In this document: positions 1 to 10,127 of the stretch, piece by piece
Layout: every line of letters starts with the position of its first letter
Position numbering within the stretch: position 1 is the first letter of the stretch
NCBI GenBank assembly: GCA_025354385.1
Contig: JANXMZ010000026.1
Coordinates: 3,400 to 67,399 of the forward strand
Length of the DNA: 64,000 nt
Origin: Bacteroidota bacterium
GTDB taxonomy: Bacteria; Bacteroidota; Bacteroidia; NS11-12g; UBA955
Direction: 5' to 3'
Made by a program: the position numbers and the translations under genes
Notes under the pieces: model-generated
What the model saw: only the letters and a program-made list of their open reading frames with translations
Told to the model about the DNA's origin: nothing
Database searches by the model: none

Positions 1-726
1 CAAAAATCTTACAAAACCCAAAGAGGTTATTTTAACCCTCAATTTTTCTTTGGTATAATTTTTTACAAATAATTGTGCCGCTTCTTTTGTAGTATAGCAA
101 TCTAATCCTTGGACATTGTATTCTCTGTCTTCATTCCCCAATACTTTTAGTGAATTAATCACCATTTTGGCATAATCAATATAGCTAATATAGTACAATG
201 GAAAACGCGATTCTCCTATAACATTGATGGTTTTTCCCCTTCTATATTTTTCAGGTATGCTTTCCATAAAGCTGCTGGGGTAAAAAATAGTGTATGGAAT
301 ACCGCAGTCTCTGACATAATTTACGGCTTCATTCTTTACATTAAAAACCCACCAATCAAAATTATTTTCTTGTTGATAATTTTGAACCAATGAGGACAAA
401 TAAATAATCCTTCTGACACTGCATTCCAAACTAGCATTGATAATTTCTCTTAGTCCATCTGTTTCAATATGATAATCCTCTATTTCTTCTGTTTCTGCAA
501 CATTCAAGCTGCAATACACAGCATCTATTCCTGTTAAAAATCTCTTAAGGTCGTGGTGATAAGAAATATTGCCTTCCACTATGTTTACATTTCCAGGCAA
601 TATGGCCTTTGCTGCATCTGCATCACGCACCAATACGGATACTTGATAACCTGCATCTGCCAAAGCTTTTGTTACTGGCAAACCTATAAAACCTGTAGCA
701 CCAAATACTGCAATTTTTTTAATCAT
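1..726 (-). CDS. NAD(P)H-binding NmrA-like / atypical SDR protein (partial, runs off window start)
   Basis: Absent from the ORF track because it has no stop inside the window. The reverse-strand ATG at 726-724 opens a frame that stays open to base 1 (242 codons). The N-terminus MIKKIAVFGATGFIGLPV is a Rossmann GxxGxxG motif. Confidence 0.7.
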   Translation of the reverse strand, partial: MIKKIAVFGATGFIGLPVTKALADAGYQVSVLVRDADAAKAILPGNVNIVEGNISYHHDLKRFLTGIDAVYCSLNVAETEEIEDYHIETDGLREIINASLECSVRRIIYLSSLVQNYQQENNFDWWVFNVKNEAVNYVRDCGIPYTIFYPSSFMESIPEKYRRGKTINVIGESRFPLYYISYIDYAKMVINSLKVLGNEDREYNVQGLDCYTTKEAAQLFVKNYTKEKLRVKITSLGFVRFL

Positions 727-904
727 ATAAAAATAAACGTGCGAAAATACAACTTTTGTATTTAAACCTACATTTTAGAGATTTACGAGTTAGAAAGTCA
801 AACAGATTAGTTACATCAATAATATTGATGTTACTATAATCTTCCAATGATTCAAAGGAATTCCTTCTTTGATAGTAAAAAAGTATCTTTGTAGTTTATT
901 TGAA

Positions 905-2101
905 ATGGCAAAGGTAGTAGTTGGTTTGAGTGGTGGTGTCGATTCCTCGGTAACGGCTTATTTGTTGAAAGAGCAAGGGCATGAGGTGATAGGTATGTTC
1001 ATGAAAAACTGGCACGACACGTCAGTAACCATTAGCGATGAATGCCCTTGGATAGATGATAGCAACGATGCTATGCTGGTGGCAGATAGTTTGGGGATTC
1101 CTTTTCAAACCATCGATTTAAGCGAGGAATATAAAAAGCGCATTGTCGATTATATGTTTGCAGAATACGAATCAGGCAGAACACCAAACCCTGATGTGCT
1201 TTGCAACCGCGAAATAAAATTTGATGTTTTCTTAAAAGCTGCTTTGCAACTAGGCGCTGAGTATGTAGCCACTGGGCATTATTGTCAAAAAGGTGAAATT
1301 GAAACACCTCTTGGAATTCAATATCAACTCTTGGCTGGGAAAGATGGCAACAAAGACCAAAGTTATTTTTTGTGTCAAGTTACCCAACAACAGTTGGCAA
1401 TGGCCTTATTTCCCATTGGGCATTTAACCAAACCAGAAGTTAGAGAAATTGCCAATAAAATAGGACTTACTACGGCCAACAAAAAAGATTCTCAAGGGTT
1501 ATGTTTTATTGGCAAGGTGCGATTACCCGAATTTTTACAACAACAACTCAAACCTAAAAAAGGCTTGATTTATGAAATTGACAACAACAGCAGTTACTAC
1601 GATTTCAATTGGCCTGAAGGTGCTGATATAGAAAACAAGGAGAAATTAATTCGCTTAACAAGCCCTTTAAAATACGATGCCTCTATGGGTAAAAAAGTAG
1701 GTGAGCACAGCGGTGCGCATTACTTTACCATTGGACAGCGCAGGGGCTTGCAAGTAGGAGGCAAAGCCGAAGGATTATTTGTAATAGCCACCGATACCAT
1801 CAGCAACTCTATATATGTTGGCATGGGCGAAACCCACCATGGTTTATCGCGCAAGGGTCTTTTTGTGCCATCGAGTGACATTCATTGGATACGTGAAGAT
1901 TTAAAATTACAACCCCACCAAAAAGCCCAGTACATGGTTCGCATACGTTATCGTCAACCATTGGTAAAAGCGATGCTTTACCGATATGAAGAAGGTCTTT
2001 ATATTATTTTTGATGAACCTGTAAAAGCAGTTGCTGCAGGGCAGTTTGCCGCTTGGTATAAGGATGAGGAGTTGGTGGGGAGTGGTGTAATTGGGGCTTA
2101 G
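905..2101 (+). CDS. mnmA: tRNA 2-thiouridine(34) synthase MnmA
   Basis: PP-loop motif [12 protein letters not shown] and full-length MnmA-like sequence. The ORF-track start at 869 is TTG; the ATG at 905 ([11 protein letters not shown]) fits the family N-terminus. Confidence 0.95.
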   Translation: MAKVVVGLSGGVDSSVTAYLLKEQGHEVIGMFMKNWHDTSVTISDECPWIDDSNDAMLVADSLGIPFQTIDLSEEYKKRIVDYMFAEYESGRTPNPDVLCNREIKFDVFLKAALQLGAEYVATGHYCQKGEIETPLGIQYQLLAGKDGNKDQSYFLCQVTQQQLAMALFPIGHLTKPEVREIANKIGLTTANKKDSQGLCFIGKVRLPEFLQQQLKPKKGLIYEIDNNSSYYDFNWPEGADIENKEKLIRLTSPLKYDASMGKKVGEHSGAHYFTIGQRRGLQVGGKAEGLFVIATDTISNSIYVGMGETHHGLSRKGLFVPSSDIHWIREDLKLQPHQKAQYMVRIRYRQPLVKAMLYRYEEGLYIIFDEPVKAVAAGQFAAWYKDEELVGSGVIGA

Positions 2102-2200
2102 GCATAAACAATCGACACGCTTATTAAGTACATTAGTTAATTCCATTTTTATTTCTTTTATTTGTTGTCAATAACTTATTTATTGTCAAACCCCTCAAAT

Positions 2201-2890
2201 ATGAAAAGACCTATTTTTTTTGTTTTTATCTTATTATTTGAAAGTTCAGCATGGGCCCAACGCATTACCAATGTCTTTGTTGATTTGGGTATGAACCACA
2301 GCGGTATTACCTACACAAATAGTTATTTTACTGGTATAGACAGAACTGATTTTAAGAACAATTTTAATCCTAATTTTTCAAGTAGCATTGGGATTGAACT
2401 TAAATTAAAGAATAAATTAAATCTGATGACTGGCCTTGGCTATAGAACCACTGGTACAATGTATAAACTGCCTGAAACAACAGTACAACAACCTGATGGC
2501 ACAGGAAGAATGATTGATATTTATTACCATTTTAAACAAGTAACACTTCCACTTTTATTTGGGTACAATTTTGGAGAAAAATTTAAAATCCAACCGCTGA
2601 TTGGACTGGTGAATAATTATAATGTATCAATTAGCGGTAAAAGCAAAGGAGATAACTTAAACCAAGTTGATGATTTTTATTTACGTTCTTATAGAAATTA
2701 TACATTCAATGGATTATTAGGACTGATGTTATATAATCAACATTTATTCAATTCAAAATTAGGGTTAGGCCTTAAACTAAGTTTCGAACACAACCTAATC
2801 GATTTGGATGCCTATTCACACCTACAGACTAATCAAAATATAGTCAGCGCAAGTATGATGCTAATTTATAAACTACCTTCTAAAAACTAA
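2201..2890 (+). CDS. hypothetical outer-membrane beta-barrel (porin-family-like) protein
   Basis: The ATG at 2201 gives a signal peptide, MKRPIFFVFILLFESSAWAQ. The rest shows an alternating beta-strand pattern rich in G/Y/N. Confidence 0.55.
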   Translation: MKRPIFFVFILLFESSAWAQRITNVFVDLGMNHSGITYTNSYFTGIDRTDFKNNFNPNFSSSIGIELKLKNKLNLMTGLGYRTTGTMYKLPETTVQQPDGTGRMIDIYYHFKQVTLPLLFGYNFGEKFKIQPLIGLVNNYNVSISGKSKGDNLNQVDDFYLRSYRNYTFNGLLGLMLYNQHLFNSKLGLGLKLSFEHNLIDLDAYSHLQTNQNIVSASMMLIYKLPSKN

Positions 2891-2897
2891 ACCATCA

Positions 2898-3950
2898 ATG
2901 AGGCAAAAACTCCTTTTGATTTTTACCCTTTTTTCAATTGTAAAATCACAAGCTCAAAATTGGATACCCCATACCTTTAGCGAATTTGATAACAAAGTAG
3001 GTTATATCGATTCTGTGAGTGGCGAGACCAAAGTTTTTTGGCATTTTGATAGCGCAAAAGCTTTTAAATATGGTTTGGCCACCGCTTGTTACCAAGGTAA
3101 ATGAGGATGTTTTAATTCAAAAGGAGAAATCCTGATTCCATTTGTTTTTAAGTCACCAGAAATTCTAGATGATAGTGTCGCTAAGGTAGATTAACTTAGT
3201 TGGGACAATGAAGTTTATTTTTATAGAGGTAAATACAAAGCCATGCTGCTAAACCTCGATACCTCCATCAAATACAATTACTCATATACAAAACTACATT
3301 TTATATATGTTTCATATAGTCCTTTGTCTACCATTGCCATTATAAATTCAGAACCTAAACAAAAAGCTTTGTATATTCTAGAGGATGAAATGGTTTTGAA
3401 TACCTTGAGAAAAAAAATAAGTCCTTCAGAACTGCGCACAAATAAGTTTTGGCAATCCCTACAACTTTCAACATTCTCATTTAATAATATTGGCAATGAG
3501 AGTGGTGTAGGTACCGACCTAAAAACAGGTTTTTATTATCGCCAAAAATTTATACTAAGCGGTTTTAATATCGGCTATCAGCGATCGCGAATAACAAATG
3601 ATACTTTTAAATATCTCACGCATCAAATACCTTTTGTTTGGTCGAATTATTTTTTTCTAAAAAAGAATCCTTTGGGCAATGCTTTGTTTACCAAACTCGA
3701 CTTAGGTTGTATACTCGTCACTTTCGATTTCAAAGAAAATAAAAAGGCTGGCAATGCTTACAAAAGCACTTCATTGCGCAACATGAACGCTCCCAATATT
3801 ATAATGAACATTGGATTCGGTTTTAAAATTAGCAGTGAATACGGAAAATCAGGTTTCATTTTTGAGACGGGTTATAAATTTGCGCCAATTGTAATGGCCA
3901 ACCGCACCTTTCTCAACCATGCCTATGTCAGTCTTGGTGTCTTGCTTTAA
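2898..3950 (+). pseudogene. secreted WG-repeat / beta-rich protein gene interrupted by two in-frame stops
   Basis: ORFs 2898..3104 and 3243..3950 share one frame. TGA at 3102-3104 and TAA at 3192-3194 are the only interruptions. A signal peptide is present only on the first piece. Confidence 0.6.
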
Positions 3951-3985
3951 ACCTAAGATTCCGCTTTTTTCATTAGGTTTGCACC

Positions 3986-4726
3986 ATGCTTGGATCCGCT
4001 TTCCTTACTAAATACTTCGTTTGGAGTTTTATCTGGCGCCTTATTAAAAAAATCATCTTTTGGTTTTTGGTTTTAAGTATAGGTGCTGTTCTGTTATTTA
4101 AATGGCTTCCTGTACCCGTTAATTTTTTCATGATACAAAGGTGTTTTGAACAAAAAGCCGAAGGCAAGGATATGCGTCTAGACAAAGACTGGGTGCCACT
4201 CGAAGATATTTCACCCTACTTGCAATTGGCGGTAGTATGTTCGGAAGATCAAAATTATTTGAACCACCATGGCTTTAGTTTTACTGCTATCGAAAAAGCA
4301 ATGGAATACAATGAAAAAATGGAAGAAAAAGGGAGTACTAAACGAAGAGGGGCAAGTACCATTAGTCAACAGACTGCCAAAAACGTTTTTCTTTGGCACG
4401 GCCGAAGCTTTATTAGAAAGGGATTTGAAGTGTATTTTACTTTTTTGATAGAAACCTTGTGGAGCAAAGAACGCATCATGGAAGTGTATTTAAATGTGGT
4501 AGAATTGGGCGATGGCGTATATGGTGCTGAAGCCGCTGCGCGCAACTATTTGCACAAATCGGCCAAACAATTAACCGCTTCTGATGCGGCCTTAATGGCA
4601 GTGGTATTGCCCAGTCCGCGTATATTTTCAATAGCACATCCTAGTAGCTATACAAGAAAAAGACAGGCTTGGTGCTTGCAACAAATGCGCTATTGGGGCA
4701 TGAAACTGGATTATGAAAAGGAATAA
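3986..4726 (+). CDS. mtgA: monofunctional peptidoglycan glycosyltransferase (GT51)
   Basis: GT51 motifs EDQNYLNHHGF and RGASTISQQTAKN, with an N-terminal TM anchor. Confidence 0.9.
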   Translation: MLGSAFLTKYFVWSFIWRLIKKIIFWFLVLSIGAVLLFKWLPVPVNFFMIQRCFEQKAEGKDMRLDKDWVPLEDISPYLQLAVVCSEDQNYLNHHGFSFTAIEKAMEYNEKMEEKGSTKRRGASTISQQTAKNVFLWHGRSFIRKGFEVYFTFLIETLWSKERIMEVYLNVVELGDGVYGAEAAARNYLHKSAKQLTASDAALMAVVLPSPRIFSIAHPSSYTRKRQAWCLQQMRYWGMKLDYEKE

Positions 4727-4750
4727 TCTTTTTCTTACATTTGTTCAAAC

Positions 4751-5188
4751 ATGAAGCATTGTTGTTTTTTAATTTTAATGCTGTGCACCTATCTTTCATC
4801 AAGTGCGCAAATTGACACCCTCTATCAAAATAATTGGCGAAGCAGTTTATTGGATACACTTACTTCACTATCTCCCAATCAAAGAGATTCCTTTAAGCGT
4901 TATTTATTGAACACTGAAATCAAAGTAAATTACAAACGCTCGGCCATCAATAAACATAAATTAATTACATCTACTAAAAGTGGGCATCCACTTATTTTAG
5001 GGGCCAAGGAGATTTTTTTAGAAGTATTAGATCACCAAGGGAATCAACTTTGCAAACAATCTTTAAATATTAATCTATCCAATGAATGCCTCCTTCCTGC
5101 CAATTATATGGATGGCATACTCATCATCTTTTTTACATGGGGTGATGTTAAAAGCAATTTAGATTCATTAATTCTAAGTACTCAATGA
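4751..5188 (+). CDS. hypothetical secreted protein
   Basis: Signal peptide MKHCCFLILMLCTYLSSSAQ. No family recognised. Ends in TGA. Confidence 0.45.
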   Translation: MKHCCFLILMLCTYLSSSAQIDTLYQNNWRSSLLDTLTSLSPNQRDSFKRYLLNTEIKVNYKRSAINKHKLITSTKSGHPLILGAKEIFLEVLDHQGNQLCKQSLNINLSNECLLPANYMDGILIIFFTWGDVKSNLDSLILSTQ

Positions 5189-5352
5189 TTCAATTCAACG
5201 TTTGATAAAGCTTTTTATGCAATTCGATTGATTGATAGGTAGCATTAATTTTGTAAACCTGTCTTCAATCATATAAGCTTATCACTCCTAATTTCACTCG
5301 CATTTTAAACCTCCGCTCCGTCTAATATAAGCTACACCTAAATAATATTTGT

Positions 5353-5381
5353 TTGATAAACTAACTAAAATCTTAAATTTG
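5353..5381 (+). promoter_or_regulatory. candidate Bacteroidota sigma-A promoter (TTG-N18-TAAATTTG) for gdh
   Basis: TTG at 5353-5355 and TAAATTTG at 5374-5381 match the TAnnTTTG -7 consensus. Confidence 0.4.
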
Positions 5382-5422
5382 CACCCTTTTATAACTAAAA
5401 AATTAATCAATTTATTCATACA

Positions 5423-6685
5423 ATGAGTAACGAAACCATCCACAGTAATCTGAATCCATTGGATTCCATGATGAAACGCTTCGATGAAGCCGCAAAAATT
5501 ATAGGCCTCGATGATTCAGCCTACAATACCCTAAAATATCCTGCCAGAATTATTACCGTGCATCTCCCGGTTATTATGGACAACGGCAAAGTACAAGTGT
5601 TCGAAGGTCACCGTGTGCAACATAGCACAACGCTTGGCCCTTCTAAAGGTGGTATCCGTTATTCAATGGATGTTTCTTTAGATGAAGTAAAAGCACTTGC
5701 TGCTTGGATGACCTGGAAAACTGCTGTAGTTGGTATTCCTTACGGTGGTGGCAAAGGCGGTATTAAATGCGACCCTAAAAGCATGAGCAAAGGTGAACTT
5801 GAGCGTTTAACAAGAGCCTATGCAGCCTCTATGAGCGATGTATTCGGTCCTGATAAAGATATTCCAGCTCCGGATATGAATACCGGTCAGCAAGAAATGG
5901 CTTGGATTGTAGATGAATATTCTAAAATCAAAGGTCAATATACACCAGCTGTCATTACAGGTAAACCAATTTCTATGGGCGGTTCTTTAGGCCGTGTTGA
6001 AGCAACTGGAAGAGGAGTAATGGTATGTACACGTTCTGCTTTAGCTAAAATGGGTTTAAGACCAGAAGAGTGCACCTGTGTGGTTCAAGGTTTTGGTAAT
6101 GTAGGTTCTATCTCTGCTAAATTAATTGAAATGTTAGGTGTTAAAATCGTTGGTATCTCTGATGTTACCGGTGGTTATTACAATGCCAATGGCATTAAAG
6201 TTGAAGAAGCAATGGCTTATACCAAAGCCAATGGTAACTTAGGTGGATTTACTGGTGGCGAAAAAATTAACAATGCTGAATTATTGGAATTACCGTGCGA
6301 TATTCTAGTGCCTGCTGCTATGGAAGATCAAATTACCGATGCCAATGCCGCTAATATCAAAGCTAAATTAATTGTTGAAGGTGCCAACGGACCAACCAGT
6401 GCCAATGCCGATAAAATTTTGAACGATAAAGGCATTATTGTTGTGCCTGATATTTTGGCAAATGCTGGTGGTGTAACTGTATCATACTTCGAGTGGGTAC
6501 AAAACCGCATGGGTTATTTCTGGACCGAAGAACGTGTGAACAGACGTGCAGACCGCGTTATGAAAATGGCGTTCGACAATGTATTCGAAACAGGCAAATC
6601 GCACAAATGTAGCATGAGAACTGCTGCCTATGTTGTGGCGATTGATAAAGTGGCAACGACTCAAAAATTCAGAGGCGTATTCTAA
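5423..6685 (+). CDS. gdhA: Glu/Leu/Phe/Val-family glutamate dehydrogenase
   Basis: Catalytic region GPSKGGIRYS...PYGGGKGGI and Rossmann motif GFGNVG; 420 aa. Confidence 0.95.
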   Translation: MSNETIHSNLNPLDSMMKRFDEAAKIIGLDDSAYNTLKYPARIITVHLPVIMDNGKVQVFEGHRVQHSTTLGPSKGGIRYSMDVSLDEVKALAAWMTWKTAVVGIPYGGGKGGIKCDPKSMSKGELERLTRAYAASMSDVFGPDKDIPAPDMNTGQQEMAWIVDEYSKIKGQYTPAVITGKPISMGGSLGRVEATGRGVMVCTRSALAKMGLRPEECTCVVQGFGNVGSISAKLIEMLGVKIVGISDVTGGYYNANGIKVEEAMAYTKANGNLGGFTGGEKINNAELLELPCDILVPAAMEDQITDANAANIKAKLIVEGANGPTSANADKILNDKGIIVVPDILANAGGVTVSYFEWVQNRMGYFWTEERVNRRADRVMKMAFDNVFETGKSHKCSMRTAAYVVAIDKVATTQKFRGVF

Positions 6686-7341
6686 TGCTTTTTCACAGAG
6701 AAGGATATAAAATCATTTTGGTAACCATGCTAATTCTAGCAGGTATCAATTTGGCCATGCAATCTTGGTTAGGCGAAGAAAATCTTGTAGCCAAAATCAT
6801 TCTGATTATTTCTCTCATATTTTTCATCCTGATTCTTCAGTTTTTTCGCAATCCTGCCCGCAAAACAGTGATGAACGAAAACCATGTGATAGCGCCTGCA
6901 GATGGCACTGTAGTGGTGATAGAAGAGGTAGAAGAACCTGAATATTTTAAAGACAAAAGAAAACAAATCAGCATTTTTATGAGTCCGCTCAATGTGCATG
7001 TGAATAGAAATCCTATCAGCGGTATAGTAAAGTATGCAAAATACCATCCGGGTAAATATTTGGTGGCTTGGCATCCTAAATCATCTACCGAGAATGAAAG
7101 GACCACAGTTGTCATTGCTGGCTCAAAAGTGGAAGTTCTCTTTAGGCAAATTGCAGGTGCTTTAGCAAAACGCATTGTTTATTATGTAAAAGAAGGGCAA
7201 GAAGTGAAACAAGGTTCCGAAATGGGTTTCATTAAATTCGGCTCACGCATTGACATTTATTTACCACTTACTGCCACTGTGAATGTTCAATTACAACAAA
7301 AAACACGTGGAGGCGAAACAATAGTAGCAACTTTGGCTTAA
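6685..7341 (+). CDS. psd: phosphatidylserine decarboxylase (short type)
   Basis: 218-aa Psd-like sequence with N-terminal TM helices and an FGSR self-cleavage-type motif near the C-terminus. Its ATG overlaps the gdh TAA (TAATG). Confidence 0.88.
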   Translation: MLFHREGYKIILVTMLILAGINLAMQSWLGEENLVAKIILIISLIFFILILQFFRNPARKTVMNENHVIAPADGTVVVIEEVEEPEYFKDKRKQISIFMSPLNVHVNRNPISGIVKYAKYHPGKYLVAWHPKSSTENERTTVVIAGSKVEVLFRQIAGALAKRIVYYVKEGQEVKQGSEMGFIKFGSRIDIYLPLTATVNVQLQQKTRGGETIVATLA

Positions 7342-7378
7342 TTATTGAACCTTCATTAATATTAATTTAAATACACAA

Positions 7379-7639
7379 ATGAAAAAAATAATTTTAACCC
7401 TCGCCTTATTTGTTGGAATTGCCGTGGTAAGCAATGCTCAGAATACCTCTACAGCACCTGCACCTAAACAAACTGGAACTGCGCCTATACTAACTACAAC
7501 CAGTCCTGCACCAACAACAGAAGCTACGCCAGCCCCTGCGGCAACGCCTGCTACTAAAAAGAGTAACAAAAAAAATTGTTGCAAAAAGAAAGGCAGTTCA
7601 TGCTGCAAGAAAAAAGCAGATGCCATTAAAGAAGATTAA
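7379..7639 (+). CDS. small secreted Pro/Thr/Ala-rich protein with C-terminal CCKKK x2 motif
   Basis: Signal peptide MKKIILTLALFVGIAVVSNAQ, a low-complexity PT linker and the tail NCCKKKGSSCCKKK. A strong terminator follows. Confidence 0.5.
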   Translation: MKKIILTLALFVGIAVVSNAQNTSTAPAPKQTGTAPILTTTSPAPTTEATPAPAATPATKKSNKKNCCKKKGSSCCKKKADAIKED

Positions 7640-7666
7640 TTTCTAATCTCAACATATTTAAAAAAA

Positions 7667-7693
7667 GCTCCGAAAAATTTCGGAGCTTTTTTT
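7667..7693 (+). terminator. rho-independent terminator
   Basis: gctccgaaa..tttcggagc hairpin followed by T7. Confidence 0.7.
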
Positions 7694-7748
7694 GTTCTCA
7701 ACTATTTTAAGCCTGCCAAAAATCAACTAATATTGCAGTGTAAAAGTT

Positions 7749-7832
7749 GCCCATGTGGCGAAATTGGTAGACGTGCTACTTTGAGGTGGTAGTGACCGTA
7801 AGGTTGTGCAAGTTCGAATCTTGTCGTGGGCA
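7749..7832 (+). tRNA. tRNA-Leu (anticodon GAG), type II with long variable arm
   Basis: Acceptor gcccatg/cgtgggc, D region tggcgaaattggtagacg, anticodon arm ctact-ttGAGgt-ggtag, T-arm gcaag-ttcgaat-cttgt. No CCA is encoded. Confidence 0.9.
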
Positions 7833-7836
7833 CTTA

Positions 7837-8850
7837 TTACAATATCGTGTGATTTTTCACATAAACTGCCCCAGCCAATTGAATCGCATCTGCTAAAGGG
7901 GTAAATTTAAAACCGATTGCTTTTTGGATGGCTGCATTGCTGTAGCTGTGTTTCTTCATAGCCGTGCACACTGTTTCTGGCGTTAAGCTAGATTTTGGAT
8001 GGATGGCTGCAACAACCCTCACTACTGCTATAAAAGCACTTTGATAAGATTTCTTTAATTCAATATTAGGTGATGGCTTATGAATGGCCAGTGCAATATC
8101 ATTTAAAACAGATTGGTAGGTTCTGTTCTCTCCAATTACTAAAAAGCGTTGGGAATGAATATCACTATTTGCCAATAGTAACATGGCATTTGCTACATCT
8201 TTAGCATCTACAAAACCATTTGTTCCTTTGGTATAGAACCGATTGCCCTTGGCAATATTTCTAAATATTCTGCACGACCCCTTGGTCCAATCACCATAAC
8301 CCAAAATTATACCCGGATTGACAATTACTGCATTCAAACCTTCCTCTATGCCTCTCCAAACTTCCAGTTCTCCTAAATGTTTGCTAATGGCATAATTGGT
8401 ATTATTATCGTTATCCTCCCATTCTGTATCTTCCGATATTAAGCTATCAACATCAGTTCTACCCAAAGAAGAAGTGCTGCTAACATGAATAAGTTTTTTT
8501 ACATTTTTCTTAATACAGGCATTTACCACATTGGCGGTACCCTCCGCATTGATGGCCATCATCTCATTCCTTTCTCTCGACTTAAAAGCCACTTTAGCCG
8601 CACAGTGAAATACCATTTCTTCATTTTCAAAGGCTTCATCTAAAGCGGCTATATCCAATATATCTGCAGTTTTCCATGTAAAATTTTTCAGCAAAGCTTC
8701 TCTTTGCAATCCAAGTTCATTTTGAATGATCAAATCAAATTCATCTGTTGAACTATTTTCACGCTTTAATCCTGTAACCGCATAACCTGCTTTCAGCAAT
8801 GCAGCAACTACATAACTTCCCAAAAAACCATTTGCACCAGTTACTACCAT
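7837..8850 (-). CDS. NAD-dependent epimerase/dehydratase family (extended SDR) protein
   Basis: MVVTGANGFLGSYV Rossmann motif and a YxxxK-type site (YAISKHLGE). The ORF-track start at 8874 is ATT; the ATG at 8850 is preferred. Confidence 0.85.
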   Translation of the reverse strand: MVVTGANGFLGSYVVAALLKAGYAVTGLKRENSSTDEFDLIIQNELGLQREALLKNFTWKTADILDIAALDEAFENEEMVFHCAAKVAFKSRERNEMMAINAEGTANVVNACIKKNVKKLIHVSSTSSLGRTDVDSLISEDTEWEDNDNNTNYAISKHLGELEVWRGIEEGLNAVIVNPGIILGYGDWTKGSCRIFRNIAKGNRFYTKGTNGFVDAKDVANAMLLLANSDIHSQRFLVIGENRTYQSVLNDIALAIHKPSPNIELKKSYQSAFIAVVRVVAAIHPKSSLTPETVCTAMKKHSYSNAAIQKAIGFKFTPLADAIQLAGAVYVKNHTIL

Positions 8851-8909
8851 TTTGTTGAAATTTAAGTGGTGCAAAATTCGGATATTTGTATCAATATTGA
8901 ACCATTGAT

Positions 8910-9992
8910 ATGCTACAGGAATTTTTTGAACCCGTAAACAAACAATTACTCAAAGGAATTGTAAAAAAAGAGACTGTTATTGGCAATGGAATGGCCATTT
9001 ACACCACTAAATTTCCCGACCTCACTAAAGTAGATGTGGCAATAATTGGCATTGGTAAAAATGCCGACCATATAAGGAAACACCTCTATAAGTACAGTCA
9101 TAAATTAAATGGCATCGAGATAGCTGATTTTGGTAATTTAAGGCACAATGGCACCGAAAAAAATATCAATGCAGGCTTAGCAGAGTGCCTCATTGTTTTA
9201 AAAGAAAATAGCATTATTCCAATCATCATTGGCGAACAACACAATTATGCCCAGGCCTTTTTAAAAGGCATTGATTTTTCGCGTTTAGACTATGCATTGG
9301 TATCGCCTTATGTCCATTATAAAGAAAATGATTTGAGTTACACACTTCATTCAAAAAAGCGTTTGTTTCATGCTTCCTATTTGGGTTTTCAAGGTTATTT
9401 AAACACCAATGAAACTATGCAACAAGTAGCAGATGTATTCTCAGAATGCGTGCGACTGGGCGACTTACGGGCCAATATTTCACAGGCAGAACCATTATTA
9501 AGACAAGCCGATATATTTGATTTCGATTTATCCTCTATCAAATATTCCGAGTTTCAAAGTGCGGTTGTAAACCTTCCCAATGGTTTGCTCAATCACGAAG
9601 CATGTGCCTTGTGCAGATATGCCGGTATCTCTAATAATCTTAACTATTACCTATTGCGCAATTTTACTTTGAATGAAAATAATAACACAGATGCCCAGCA
9701 AATTGCTCAAATGATTTGGTACATTTTCGATGGAATTGATAACAGATTTAATGATTTCCCTCAAATGAATCACCGCAACTTCACCGTTTATAAATGCCAC
9801 GCCCCTAGCGGTATTGACATGGTTTTTTTAAACAGCAATCTGACAGGTCGCTGGTGGTTGCAAATTCCAGATAAACACAAAGGAAAAAAGACTGCAGCCA
9901 AATTTATTGGATGCAGCGAATCCGATTTTGAAATTGCACGCGAAGGTGATGTGCCCGAAAAATGGTTCCGTGCTGCAGGTTCCGATTTATAG
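8910..9992 (+). CDS. arginase/formimidoylglutamase-fold family protein (metal-site motifs look degenerate)
   Basis: Overall layout resembles the arginase family: IIGIGKNADH..., IPIIIGEQHNYAQAF in place of GGDHS, and FDFDLSSIK in place of DxDxxDP. Confidence 0.55.
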   Translation: MLQEFFEPVNKQLLKGIVKKETVIGNGMAIYTTKFPDLTKVDVAIIGIGKNADHIRKHLYKYSHKLNGIEIADFGNLRHNGTEKNINAGLAECLIVLKENSIIPIIIGEQHNYAQAFLKGIDFSRLDYALVSPYVHYKENDLSYTLHSKKRLFHASYLGFQGYLNTNETMQQVADVFSECVRLGDLRANISQAEPLLRQADIFDFDLSSIKYSEFQSAVVNLPNGLLNHEACALCRYAGISNNLNYYLLRNFTLNENNNTDAQQIAQMIWYIFDGIDNRFNDFPQMNHRNFTVYKCHAPSGIDMVFLNSNLTGRWWLQIPDKHKGKKTAAKFIGCSESDFEIAREGDVPEKWFRAAGSDL

Positions 9993-10090
9993 AAATTAAA
10001 ACCTCCTCTTCTTATTTTTAACGCGCTTAATAACAATGTTGAGAATATCTGAGTTGTGTCATAAATGCAATATTTTTTTACTCAAATTGC

Positions 10091-10120
10091 TTGTTTAATA
10101 TAAAATTTCGTGTAGGTTTG
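10091..10120 (+). promoter_or_regulatory. candidate promoter TTG-N19-TAGGTTTG for the pnt operon
   Basis: TTG at 10091-10093 and TAGGTTTG at 10113-10120. The ATG lies only 7 nt after the box. Confidence 0.45.
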
Positions 10121-10127
10121 CCTTTGC

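Noticed and set aside
553-765. A 70-aa plus-strand ORF near the window start.
   Set aside because: It is antisense to the well-supported partial NmrA-like gene (1..726) and has a Cys/Tyr/Ile-rich nonsense composition.
6683-6687. The gdh stop and psd start overlap (TAATG), suggesting an unusual functional operon.
   Set aside because: One-nucleotide overlaps are common in compact bacterial operons. Nothing in the sequence indicates a functional link beyond co-transcription.
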